From Pyrolobus fumarii 1A (lineage in GTDB: Archaea; Thermoproteota; Thermoprotei_A; Sulfolobales; Pyrodictiaceae): 32,000 nt of DNA. Location: positions 540,001-572,000 of the forward strand of contig NC_015931.1 in the NCBI RefSeq assembly GCF_000223395.1. The letters are read 5' to 3'. The notes beneath the pieces are model-generated. The model worked only from the letters and a program-made list of their open reading frames with translations, did no database searches and was not told the origin of the DNA. Shown piece by piece: positions 1 to 8,287 of this stretch. A program made the position numbers and the translations under genes. Each line of letters begins with the position of its first letter. Within the stretch, counting starts at the first letter, position 1.

Positions 1-558
1 GTGGTATTCCCCTATGGCCCGCCGCTAGCCTTCGTATGGGACACCGACGCAAACACCTACTATAACGGCCCCAACGCGTTCATAAGCGGCGGGCTACTCG
101 ACGACTTCGTTGAACAGCTCATAGGCACTGTCGTTGACGTGAGCTACCTATTCGTCTATGTGGGCGGCTTCGAGTATAACGTGAAAGGTGAGACTTACAC
201 ACTCAGCAACTACACTGTCGGTATTGGCGACCTTGGCGTGACAGCCACAAGGTCATTGAGGGTATGGGCTGCACCGAGAGTGTTCACAGGCAACTATACC
301 ATAGCGTCTAGGAGCCTAGAGCTCTACCAGGCCGTGCAACCCTACTATCTCAACGAGACGCCTCCCGACGGGCTCTCGTGGAGCAAGCTAAACGTGCCAA
401 CCGGCGGCTATGCGCTCGGCGCTGGCTTCATACAGTCGGGTAGGGGTGCAGCCGTCTTCATAACCGCGCCGAGGCCCGGCGTACTAGACCCACTGAGGCT
501 AGCAGCGCTAGACGTAGCACTGAGCGTATACACGTGGAAGCTCATGGTAGGAGGCTAG
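1..558 (+). CDS. C-terminal fragment of a hypothetical, probably extracellular protein (5' end outside window)
   Basis: The frame is open from the window edge to TAG at 556-558. It has several N-x-S/T sequons (NYTV, NYTI, NET) and no recognisable catalytic motif. Confidence 0.45.
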   Translation: MVFPYGPPLAFVWDTDANTYYNGPNAFISGGLLDDFVEQLIGTVVDVSYLFVYVGGFEYNVKGETYTLSNYTVGIGDLGVTATRSLRVWAAPRVFTGNYTIASRSLELYQAVQPYYLNETPPDGLSWSKLNVPTGGYALGAGFIQSGRGAAVFITAPRPGVLDPLRLAALDVALSVYTWKLMVGG

Positions 559-1080
559 CATAGTTTGTCTCAACAACTCATAACTCATAGCCAGATATTT
601 TCTTCATAACCTTGTCAGCGGGTGGCGCATTCCAGCAATATCCGGGTGGCCATAGCCCCGAGCGCACACAGCTATACGTGACCCCAATCCCAGTGTAACG
701 ATGTGTTTTTACCGACTCTATGGCTTTGTGAGCGAATTGTGTTCGATGGGGCGGGAGGACCCCGTCTCATCCACCCCCATGCGGGGGTGTTGCCGGGGTC
801 CCACCCCTGGCCCGGGCCCCAAGTAGTATGTTAGGGTTCTACCCGGGTCCAGTATCTTGTTTTAGGCGAAACTAGCTGCCTCCTCTATATGGTAAACGGA
901 GACGCTGTACTCTTGATACCTTGTGGTGTACGAGGAGCGTTTCTACCGGTGTATGAGCGAGCGTTCCGCGCTGCGCCAGTGGATGTAGAGATGCTTGATG
1001 TGTATATGCTATTCTGGCTGGTATTATTGGTAATGCCGGGTCTATCTAGATGTTGGCGTGTAGTGGAGTGGAAGCGGGTC

Positions 1081-1734
1081 CTACCCGTATCGTGTTACGG
1101 GTCTTAGTATGGGTATTGTAATGCTCCGTATGAGGTTTGCTGGCAGGAGTGGCGCTAGAGGCTGGATGAGTGGTAAACGTGGCTTTTCTGTCCGCGTTGT
1201 TATCCACGCCTCGACCCTATCTATTAGGCGTTCGACGTTCGCTATCATCGCTTGGAGGGTTTCCGGCGGGTGGCCAGGATCGTAGTAGTTGTTGTGGAGG
1301 GCTTCTGCGACGCCAAACTCGCTCCGTATGTCGAGGCCTTCGCGGTATAACTCAGCTACTATGATGCGTAGCGCTTGATGACTTTTGGCCTCGATCCCCC
1401 AGGCGGCAATAGCCGCCGCGTTTATTGCGTCGATGGTAGCCCTCCATGCTTCCTCCCCGGCCTCATCGCCGAGTCCCTCGGCTAGAAGCCTCCAGGCTTT
1501 GGCCAGCCGGGCTCTTGCTCGTGCCAACCTTGTGCCCCAGCCACTGCTCGCCGCATCCACATCCCTGCGTCCACGGAGCCTAGGCGGTAGTGCGGTGGTT
1601 GAGATTTTTACGAGCATCTCTACGGATGGTAGAAGTAGTCTTACATACGCGCTTACACTGCTAACGGAGGAGCGTAGAAGGGCATCCGTAAAGAGACTAT
1701 AGTCGCCCTTCGGCCTCTCGCGCATAGCGTGCAC
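1081..1734 (-). CDS. Divergent PaREP1/HEPN-like helical protein (start GTG 1734 or ATG 1725)
   Basis: 217-aa ORF. The core AWRLLAEG..EEAWRATIDAINAAAIAAWGIEAKSHQAL...AEALHNNYYDP...LIDRVEAW follows the helix pattern of the clearer PaREP1 ORFs in this window. The Pro/Leu-rich C-terminal tail looks like read-through. Confidence 0.45.
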   Translation of the reverse strand: MHAMRERPKGDYSLFTDALLRSSVSSVSAYVRLLLPSVEMLVKISTTALPPRLRGRRDVDAASSGWGTRLARARARLAKAWRLLAEGLGDEAGEEAWRATIDAINAAAIAAWGIEAKSHQALRIIVAELYREGLDIRSEFGVAEALHNNYYDPGHPPETLQAMIANVERLIDRVEAWITTRTEKPRLPLIQPLAPLLPANLIRSITIPILRPVTRYG

Positions 1735-1802
1735 CCTCGTGTATAGGGGAGCCGCCCAGATACACCACGGTGTCTAGGCATCCGGTTAAAGACTTGAACA
1801 GG

Positions 1803-1809
1803 TATAAAG
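1803..1809 (+). promoter_or_regulatory. TATA-box candidate for the 1842 gene
   Basis: TATAAAG lies about 36 nt upstream of ATG 1842, which is typical archaeal spacing for a short-leader or leaderless mRNA. Confidence 0.4.
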
Positions 1810-1841
1810 CGCTGTAAAACTCTGCCCGTTCGTGGATAGCG

Positions 1842-2186
1842 ATGACGGGTTACCAGATACGCGTGGAGGATATTGTAAGTGCGCTACGCGCCCATATAGA
1901 GGTTTTAGAGAGGATAGTCGAGCTTCAGATAGAGTTCCTCGAGAAACACGGTGACGTTATAACCATACTCTCCAACGTTAGAAACCTCGAGAAGTACGTC
2001 TCGAACCTTAACGATGAGGATGCAAGCCTTCTTTTCCGTGCACTGCTAGCGTACAATAGGGCGATCTTAGATATAGCCTCGATGGGTGTTACGCTAAACG
2101 TATCCACTCTTGCAGAGCTGCGGGATAGACTAGCGGAGGTATCGGGAGAACTTCTCGATCTTCTCTCCAAGAGACGCAAGGAATAG
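1842..2186 (+). CDS. Small all-helical hypothetical protein (114 aa)
   Basis: ATG start with an upstream TATA box. The composition is coding-like and heptad-like (IEVLERIVELQIEFLEKHG...). It is divergent from the HEPN-like gene at 1081-1734. No family was recognised. Confidence 0.55.
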   Translation: MTGYQIRVEDIVSALRAHIEVLERIVELQIEFLEKHGDVITILSNVRNLEKYVSNLNDEDASLLFRALLAYNRAILDIASMGVTLNVSTLAELRDRLAEVSGELLDLLSKRRKE

Positions 2187-2521
2187 AGATTACGAGATTA
2201 CTGTTGATACATCGCCTGAGATGGTAACTAATCGGCAGCTGCTGTCACGCGAAGTGCTCGTCGTCAAGTAGTTGTCCGATTGGGGCCGTTAATAGCGTAA
2301 AACGGTTTAAAGCTGTTTAGTCTTCATGTCGCTCTCTGTGCACGCCATTATAGCCTAGGAGGGTGCCAGCATGTTGCAGCTGCTCTGCCGCGTTGCATGG
2401 ATATGTTTCGGTTATCCCCAGTGCATTTCCTCGAGCAACGAGAGTACCTGACGCTTATTCGGCTAGAGGCCGAGTGGCACAGTTAACGTGTGAGGTTTGT
2501 CGCGTTTAGTCGTAGGGTTGT

Positions 2522-3703
2522 GTGTTGCGCGTCGCGCGTGAAGTTGTGAAGCTCGAGCCTGGCAGCGTGTTGTGGTTGTCTGGGCCGGTGCGCGTTCGCA
2601 TCGTGGAGGGTGGCGTAGTTGCTGGTGGTGTTAGGGTTGGTGAGGGTTTTGAGTTTCTAGTGCAGGCCGAGAGGGGTGCCAGCATCTACGCTATAGACGA
2701 GTCTGCTACTGTTGAGCTTGTCGTGGGCGCCGGGGGTAGCTACCGTGTTGAGAAGGGTGGTGAGGCTGTTGGCTTGGCGCGTGAGTGGCTGAGGGTCGCG
2801 GAGGGCGTCGCGGAGATTGGTGCGAAGCTTGTGGCTGTGCTCGCGCCCGTGGAGTCCGGGAAGTCGACTCTATCCCTCTGGCTCGCAAATCGCCTTGGTG
2901 GTTGCTACGCTAGCCTGGATGCCGGGCAGAATGAGCTCGGAACCCCCGGCTATTTCTCGGCTACACCGATCGAGCACGTCGCCTTGTCCCCGAGAGACCT
3001 GGGTGCCAAGTGGGCGTGGCTGGTGGGGTGTAACGCGCCCGAGCATTGCCACTGGCCCGCTATGGCTGCCGCCGCGTCGCTAGCAAGGTTCACGCGCAGT
3101 GCATGCAAGGCGGTCGTGCTCGACACGGATGGTTTCGTGGATAGCGCTGGCCTGGTGTACAAGGCGTCTCTCCTCGAGGTGCTACGCCCTGACGCGGCAA
3201 TTGTGATACGCAAGGGGCCTTGGATGAAGCTGCAGCAGATCGCGCGCATCTACTCGGATACCGTGCTGGAGGCTCCACCGGTGCCACCAAGCCTCGTTAG
3301 GAGTAGGTCGCGTGCCGAGAGGAGAGCCTACCGCGAGAGGATGTACAGGATGCTATTCCAGAACGCGGAGCGCGTCACGCTCAGCCTAGAGGATGTGGTG
3401 CTGCTGAACAGCGAGGTTGCGGGGTTCCCACAGCTCCCGGTGCAGGAGGATGCCTACCTCGCACCGGATGGCACGTTGAGGCTTGCTCAGAGGCAGCAGC
3501 TCCAAGGGTTACTCTCCAGCATAGTACTGCAGGAGGGATACGAGGTACCAGCGCTCCTAGAGCACCTCAGCGTACGATCCAAGAGCGTGACGCTACGCGT
3601 AGCATGGAAGCCTGAGGGTAAACCAGTGGCCGTGAAGCTCGGGTTCACGAGGCTCGTCGGATGGAGAGAAGAGAGGCTCCCACTACGCCCACACGCCGCG
3701 TAA
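2522..3703 (+). CDS. Clp1/Grc3-family P-loop polynucleotide 5'-kinase homolog
   Basis: Walker A is LAPVESGKSTL (GKS codons at 2858-2866). It is followed by the LDAGQNELGTPG (Clp1 DxGQ-type) motif and a VVLDTDGFV Walker B. The layout is three domains: an N-terminal beta domain, the P-loop, and a C-terminal domain. Confidence 0.75.
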   Translation: MLRVAREVVKLEPGSVLWLSGPVRVRIVEGGVVAGGVRVGEGFEFLVQAERGASIYAIDESATVELVVGAGGSYRVEKGGEAVGLAREWLRVAEGVAEIGAKLVAVLAPVESGKSTLSLWLANRLGGCYASLDAGQNELGTPGYFSATPIEHVALSPRDLGAKWAWLVGCNAPEHCHWPAMAAAASLARFTRSACKAVVLDTDGFVDSAGLVYKASLLEVLRPDAAIVIRKGPWMKLQQIARIYSDTVLEAPPVPPSLVRSRSRAERRAYRERMYRMLFQNAERVTLSLEDVVLLNSEVAGFPQLPVQEDAYLAPDGTLRLAQRQQLQGLLSSIVLQEGYEVPALLEHLSVRSKSVTLRVAWKPEGKPVAVKLGFTRLVGWREERLPLRPHAA

Positions 3704-3859
3704 CCCGGTTGTTAACCGGTCCCGTCCAGCGCACGAGCAGTTGTAGTTCTTGACGCCGCGCACATCCACCGCCTCGACTGCCCCAGACATGCACGACTAT
3801 GGAGCCGTTACCGTCGAGCCTGAAAGCCTTCTAGACCCCCTGAGCGTCCTTCTAGGGAA

Positions 3860-4453
3860 GTGTGGGTGACGACGCTGAACTCTGTAAGGTTGCTCGAACA
3901 GCCATTGCCGAGGCCTCGGCGAGACCCCACGGGCTATGCTAGTGCTCGAGTCCTAGAGGCCCTACTCGAGGCTCTCCTGGCTCTAAGGTTCCTCGAGGAG
4001 GGTTACACCAGGAACGCTGCAGGCAAGGCGTTCCAGGCGTGGCGGGCTCTCACAGGAGCACTGCTAGCCCTCGAGAGGGACAGGATACTGGAGAGTCTGA
4101 GGACCGAGGAGGAGAGAAGATGGCTAGAGGAGAAGGGTATACCACGAGTGCCCTCGTCAAGGCTCAAGCCGTTGGCAAGGCTAGTCGAAGAAGCAGGGTA
4201 CAAAGACTACACGCATTACACGAGCACAGCGCTCGACCTCCACGACTATCAGTACCACGGGCCGGACCCCTCCGGCGACATGAGCAAATACCCTGATCCC
4301 GAAGAAGCGGCAAGAGACGTTACATCGATCCTGGCCAAACTGACTAGGATTGTAGAAGAGCATGCCAAGCCAAAGTTAGAGCAAGCGGGAAAATGGACAC
4401 GTGAACATAGAGAAGCGTTGGAGATCCTAAAGCAGAAGCTGAGACGAGCCTAG
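3860..4453 (+). CDS. PaREP1-family (HEPN-like) protein
   Basis: The segments LEEGYTRNAAGKAFQAWRALTGALLAL ... TALDLHDYQYHG ... ILAKLTRIVEEH match the PaREP1 helix pattern. GTG start. Confidence 0.65.
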   Translation: MWVTTLNSVRLLEQPLPRPRRDPTGYASARVLEALLEALLALRFLEEGYTRNAAGKAFQAWRALTGALLALERDRILESLRTEEERRWLEEKGIPRVPSSRLKPLARLVEEAGYKDYTHYTSTALDLHDYQYHGPDPSGDMSKYPDPEEAARDVTSILAKLTRIVEEHAKPKLEQAGKWTREHREALEILKQKLRRA

Positions 4454-4595
4454 TCCCTTCAAGCAGACCACCAGAGTATACTTCTCGGAAAACCTTTGCA
4501 AGAAACGTACTACAATTCTCCAATCCGGTAGAGTTCTATGGTGTTCGAAGTAACCATTGCTAGCATGTGCTTCCCCCTCGTATTCTCTAGTGCTC

Positions 4596-5015
4596 TTACA
4601 CGTTCCTAGCAGGATTCTCAACATCGTCCCTCCTTACCGGTTCGGCTATACGAATTACTCCGTACTTCGCTCTTTCCTTAGGACAGAGTTCCGAGAAAAT
4701 CACTATCCTGACTCGCCAACCTCCAGCTATAGCCAGCCACTCATGTGGAGCTATGCTAACCCTGGTTAAGTTTAATATTAGAACCTTTTGGGAGGACATC
4801 AGTGATAAAGAGCTTCTGCATTCCTCCCCTCTGAGCACATTCAAATACATTTCTCTAGCCTCGGGTAAAATCTCATTGAGGATATCTATGGCCCGCCTAT
4901 AGACGCTGTTTTCGGGACACGAGCACATCCATACTATCATTTGTTTTTGTTGTAGTAGCTTGCGAATGGCTAGATATCTCTCCAGGAGCATGTCGGGTGA
5001 CGTTACTCTCGCCAT
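4596..5015 (-). CDS. Hypothetical protein in an AT-rich patch; possibly the distal part of a frameshifted gene
   Basis: The frame is open from 5084. The first ATG is at 5015 (MARVTSPDMLLERYLAIRKLLQQ...). It overlaps the 4897-5175 frame. No family was recognised. Confidence 0.3.
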   Translation of the reverse strand: MARVTSPDMLLERYLAIRKLLQQKQMIVWMCSCPENSVYRRAIDILNEILPEAREMYLNVLRGEECRSSLSLMSSQKVLILNLTRVSIAPHEWLAIAGGWRVRIVIFSELCPKERAKYGVIRIAEPVRRDDVENPARNV

Positions 5016-5175
5016 GCGGGGTGCCCAGAACACTGAGGTACGCGGATGTGTGGCGGCTGAGATACTGATGCAGGCCAAACACGGCTACGACAATAACTAC
5101 TATGACGAGAAGAGTGTACACGATACCGGGCTTAGTTGTATGCAGATGAGACATGCTACCAGCCGTCTGCTTCAA
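4897..5175 (-). CDS. Small hypothetical protein with one predicted TM helix; possibly the N-terminal part of a frameshifted gene
   Basis: Hydrophobic stretch IVYTLLVIVVIVVAVFGL. Starts are TTG 5175 or ATG 5154, with A/T boxes 25-60 nt upstream on the minus strand (5196-5220). Confidence 0.3.
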   Translation of the reverse strand: MKQTAGSMSHLHTTKPGIVYTLLVIVVIVVAVFGLHQYLSRHTSAYLSVLGTPHGESNVTRHAPGEISSHSQATTTKTNDSMDVLVSRKQRL

Positions 5176-5195
5176 GCTATGTACGTTAGCATTGT

Positions 5196-5220
5196 GATAT
5201 TTTAAGGCTATTTTATAAGG
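5196..5220. promoter_or_regulatory. Two adjacent TATA-like boxes (TTAAAATAT and TTTTATAA)
   Basis: GATATTTTAAGGCTATTTTATAAGG. The core ATTTTATAAGG recurs at 6633-6643. On the minus strand it sits 25-60 nt upstream of the 5175/5154 starts. Confidence 0.35.
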
Positions 5221-5484
5221 TCTTGGCAGCCCTATCTACCCGCAAAATCTCTCTGCACCCCGCGTATCTCCTCTCCGACGACCTGTAGCTTATCCTAACG
5301 GAACCATGAGGCCTCGTGCCATGTAGACCCTCTCCGCCGACCTCCGAAGAACCCGGAAAATCCCCGAAAGACGTGAGGAGCGGCTTCCTTCGCTACATCC
5401 TCCGAGCACAAGGCTCTTTGGGTAAAATACGTCTATGTCGGTCTTGCTTGGTGTTAGGGTCTCGAATCACCTGGTTAGTAGGGT

Positions 5485-6048
5485 ATGCTCTTAGCCGAGT
5501 TGCGTGCTTGGCAATTGTGGTGTAGTATAGTGGTCACTATTACCATTCCGCGGAGAGTTGTAGAGGCCATACGTAAACGTGGGCATGTGGATGTTGAGGC
5601 TTTCGTACTGGAGGCTATAGAGCAGACGCTAGGCCTCGACCCCCAGGAGGAGCTTGAAACACGCTTCTCTATCGCCGAGCATATGCTCAGGAGGGCTCGC
5701 GAAGAGCTTGAAGGGGGCGATCCTGTCCAGGCCTCGGAGAAGCTGTACAAGGCTGTCGAAGAGTGTATCAAGATATTAGCGTGCCTGAATGGTCTGGAGG
5801 AGTGCGATATAGCCAGGAGAGAGGGAGCGTGGTGGTCGAAGCTGCTTGGCAGAGCTGCACGTAGACTATCGCTGGCCCTAGGCGAGCCTCTAATAGTGGA
5901 GGCTTGGAGCCATGCCTATGATCTCCATGTTCACGGTTTCCACGAGCACGCTTACACGGTAGAGGAGGTTAGGGAGTCCCTACCGCTAGTCGAGAAGCTA
6001 GTGGAATACACGAGAAGGGCGTTAGAGGATACCAAGACGCGAAGATGA
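5485..6048 (+). CDS. RHH-like N-terminus fused to a PaREP1 (HEPN-like) domain; likely true start GTG 5530
   Basis: VVTITIPRRVVEAIRKRGHVDVEAFVLEAIEQTLGLDP, followed by GDPVQASEKLYKAVEECIKILA ... HAYDLHVHGFHEH. It is closely paralogous to 20240-20746. Confidence 0.7.
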   Translation: MLLAELRAWQLWCSIVVTITIPRRVVEAIRKRGHVDVEAFVLEAIEQTLGLDPQEELETRFSIAEHMLRRAREELEGGDPVQASEKLYKAVEECIKILACLNGLEECDIARREGAWWSKLLGRAARRLSLALGEPLIVEAWSHAYDLHVHGFHEHAYTVEEVRESLPLVEKLVEYTRRALEDTKTRR

Positions 6049-6633
6049 CACACGCCTACACCGCGACGCACTCGTGTGGAGGACCTGCGGTCAACCAGAT
6101 ACTCCACTACAATATCTTAACCTTGGCCATCCTAAAAAGGCTCCTTAACAAACCTAGAATGGATTGTGACTCGTGTAGATGACTAGACGAGCGTTGTTTT
6201 AGAACTTAATGTGATCTTTGCATCCTCACAGTATACGGATGGATCTAGGCATAGAAACTCATCATGCCTAGCTTCGGGTCCCTGCCCAGCTAACTTCCTA
6301 CCATGAGTCTCCACGTGTAGGGATTCTAACACCTGTGTTGAGAGTTTCCGCAGAAAAGAGTGTTTAAAAGCAGTGATAGCGCCTAGGACAAGGGTATGTT
6401 ACGTGACTGTCGTGATACCAACGGAGGAGAACAAGAGGCTAAATCCAAGCCCTGCCCATGATGCATCTTAGCCCTGGTGAAGTGCACAGAGTTCATCTCG
6501 TAGATTAGGGAGGGCGACAGATGTTATCTTGGTTTAACGCCGTTCTTCCCCACGGAAAACTGCTACATCATTATTGCTAACAGTCTGAGTTAACAGATGC
6601 ACTTATCATGTTCGGACTGCATGCACATGATGA

Positions 6634-6641
6634 TTTTATAA
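6634..6641 (+). promoter_or_regulatory. TATA-box candidate upstream of the 6705/6732 PaREP1 gene
   Basis: TTTTATAA lies within ATTTTATAAGG, about 65-90 nt upstream of the candidate starts. Confidence 0.35.
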
Positions 6642-6704
6642 GGCGATCATGATATGCTTGGAGTAGACCGTGAGCAGTGACGATAGCATTATTCCTGTGG
6701 GGCG

Positions 6705-7220
6705 TTGATATACTGGTCGGTGCCTACAGGGTTGGCATCTATTACTGTTAGTATCCCACGCAGCTTGGCTGAGCGTGCACGGAAGGAGGCTGAGAAGCTT
6801 GGCCTTGGGCTCGAGGAGTACATCATCGAGCTGCTGGCAGAGGGGCTAGATCCCAAGGATCGCGCACAGGAGTACGTTGAAGCTGCCCTTGAGCTGTTGG
6901 GGCAGGCGCGTGAGGAACTGGAACGAGGCGATATCCGCCAGGCTGCAGAGAAGCTCTGGGGCGCTACTGCGCTCGCAATAAAGGCTTATGCCTGGCTGAG
7001 AGACGGGAGAAGACTCGCGAGCCACGGCGAGCTGTGGGAGTACTCGAAAAGGCTCATTGATGAGCTTGGAGAGTGGGTGTTTGACGCGTGGATGGCTGCT
7101 AATGGGATGCATACGTGTTTCTATGAGGGGTGGTGTACGCGGGGCCATGTAGAGAGGGCTCTAAAGAGGATAGAGAGGCTGGTCCGGGAAGTCGCCACGC
7201 GGGTTAAGGCAGGGAGATAA
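6705..7220 (+). CDS. RHH-like N-terminus fused to a PaREP1 (HEPN-like) domain; start TTG 6705, GTG 6720 or TTG 6732
   Basis: ITVSIPRSLAERARKEAEKLGLGLEEYIIELLAEGLDP, followed by GDIRQAAEKLWGATALAIKAYAWLRDGRRLASHGELWEY ... GMHTCFYEG. Confidence 0.7.
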   Translation: MIYWSVPTGLASITVSIPRSLAERARKEAEKLGLGLEEYIIELLAEGLDPKDRAQEYVEAALELLGQAREELERGDIRQAAEKLWGATALAIKAYAWLRDGRRLASHGELWEYSKRLIDELGEWVFDAWMAANGMHTCFYEGWCTRGHVERALKRIERLVREVATRVKAGR

Positions 7221-7453
7221 GCCGGGGCGCCGCCTAAGTTGCCGCCTGGCAAGGGAGATTAGCAGTAGTATTCTGGTAGTGTTGCGTACGGCGGCCCCGC
7301 GGGGGTGTGGTTCCGACCAATTTGGGGAGGGTGTCCCCGTTGACCGGGGACGCCCTTGGCCGACCCGCGGGGCGCCTGACACGCTCTGCTCGTCCCGCGT
7401 TTGCATATGTCTTGGTGTGCTTGTGGCTCTCTGCTGCGGGGAGGTAGCTCTCC

Positions 7454-8155
7454 TTGCACTTGCTTCGTGTCGGTAGCGTCTACCCGTGTAGTGTCGTGCG
7501 GCGGGTGAACCGTTTTGTCGTCGAGGCGTACGTGGGTGGCAGCCTGGAGAGGGTCTACAATACGAACACTGGCCGCCTTGAGGATGTGCTGGTGCCTGGT
7601 GCTCGCGCGTTCTGCGCCGAGAGTACGTCGGGGAGGCTTAGGTATCGCCTGGTCGCCGTGGAGTATGGCGGTGGCTATGCGGTGATAGACACTAGGCTCC
7701 AGGAGGAGGCTTTCACGGTGGCAGTGGAGGTTGGCGCCATAGGCTGGCTTCGGGGCTGCCGCGTGGCACGCAGGAGGCCACGCCTCGCCAGGAGCGTACT
7801 GGACTACCTCCTAGAGTGTAGTGATGGCGAGGTGCTCGTGGAGCTTAAGAGTGCTGTGCTCCGAAGCCCTTGGGGCGAGGCGCTCTACCCCGACTGCCCC
7901 ACCGAGCGGGGCAGAAGACACCTCGAGGAGCTCGCCTGGGCTGCGCGGCGAGGGATGCGCGTAGCCGTGGTGTTCGTTGCTGGCTTCCCAGGTGCGAGGA
8001 TAGTGCGGCCTAACCCAGCGGGCGACCCCGAGCTACCTGGCAAGCTGCTGGAGGCCTTGAGGGAGGGCGTGGAGGCGCACGGCATAGGCCTCGAGTACGA
8101 TCCCCTCACATCCTCCATACTACTCTATAACGACAACATGCCGGTTGTACCCTAA
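7454..8155 (+). CDS. sfsA: SfsA-family (sugar fermentation stimulation protein homolog) nuclease-fold DNA-binding protein
   Basis: RRVNRFVVEA...VYNTNTGRLEDVLVPGA at the N-terminus and the VLVELKSAVL (E-x-K) motif, at a typical length of about 230 aa. Confidence 0.8.
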   Translation: MHLLRVGSVYPCSVVRRVNRFVVEAYVGGSLERVYNTNTGRLEDVLVPGARAFCAESTSGRLRYRLVAVEYGGGYAVIDTRLQEEAFTVAVEVGAIGWLRGCRVARRRPRLARSVLDYLLECSDGEVLVELKSAVLRSPWGEALYPDCPTERGRRHLEELAWAARRGMRVAVVFVAGFPGARIVRPNPAGDPELPGKLLEALREGVEAHGIGLEYDPLTSSILLYNDNMPVVP

Positions 8156-8287
8156 GCGAGGCGCGCGAACTTGTAAAGCAGTGTGCTTGGCGGTGAAGAC
8201 GATGAGTCGTTTTGTGGCTCCTTGTGCCTCTTTCTGCGAGGCAGAGCCTCAACTCTCGATATACGTCGCTGCTGGACTCTCTAGAGA

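Noticed and set aside
889-1107. 72-aa ORF in the 559-1080 intergenic region
   Set aside because: The TATA-like box overlaps the start codon itself, the composition is odd, and the ORF runs into the tail of the convergent HEPN-like gene. It is most likely spurious.
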